Assembly (NCBI GenBank): GCA_037132055.1
Contig: JBAXPX010000001.1
Coordinates: forward strand, 5,424 to 69,423
DNA from: a bacterium
GTDB lineage: Bacteria > Patescibacteriota > Minisyncoccia > Phycocordibacterales > UBA9973
DNA length: 64,000 nucleotides
Direction of reading: 5' to 3'
The position numbers and the translations under genes were made by a program. This document shows, one piece after another, positions 63,784 to 64,000 of the stretch; position 1 is the first letter of the stretch, and the number at the start of each line of letters is the position of its first letter. The notes below the pieces were generated by a model. That model worked only from the letters and a program-made list of their open reading frames with translations. It did not search any database and was not told where the DNA came from.

Positions 63784-64000
63784 AATACGCCCCAACGGCT
63801 CAAATACTGGGAAATGAGCCGTTCAAGAAAAAATGGACTCGGTTTTCGAAACAATTTTGCGGGAGGAAGGATTCGCAAAACCGAGACTAATGTTTTTGAA
63901 ATTCGACGGGATTTGGGTTTCCGCCCCGCAGGAGGGTGCGGGAGGAATGCGGGGCGAATTTAATTTAAGCCTTTTAAAATTAACATATTTTTGATATGAT

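Larger units (their letters stand above)
62006..63960 (-). mobile_element. Element 2: LSR element at the tRNA-Glu 3' end (distal boundary probably beyond the window)
   Basis: 132-bp inverted repeats bracket LSR2 starting at the tRNA 3' end; structured GC-rich region follows. Confidence 0.65.

Overview
This AT-rich window looks like part of a Patescibacteria/CPR (Parcubacteria-like) chromosome using genetic code 11; the taxon is inferred from gene style. Most of it is housekeeping: rel, parB, murA, miaA, alr/ddl, mreB, priA, a full F1Fo ATP synthase operon, prfA, gatB, obgE, mraZ-rsmH-ftsL-ftsI-murF, lysS, ftsA/ftsZ, trxB, pyrF/pyrE and six tRNAs. Solo ORFans and several dispersed palindrome families are interspersed, some inserted in-frame in genes. 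The standout is at 60.1-64.0 kb. Two different large serine recombinase genes each end inside the 3' end of one of two divergent tRNAs (Ser-CGA, Glu-UUC). Each is bracketed by its own perfect long inverted repeat (120 bp and 132 bp) that copies the 3' end of the gene upstream of its start. Excising element 1 in silico at a TTGCGG core restores an empty tRNA site and gives a 1.69-kb recombinase-only circle whose junction is one perfect 289-bp palindrome. Element 2 is followed by a perfect four-way hairpin junction. I propose these are minimal tRNA-targeting LSR elements with a palindromic attP and switchable C-termini; that mechanism is inference.
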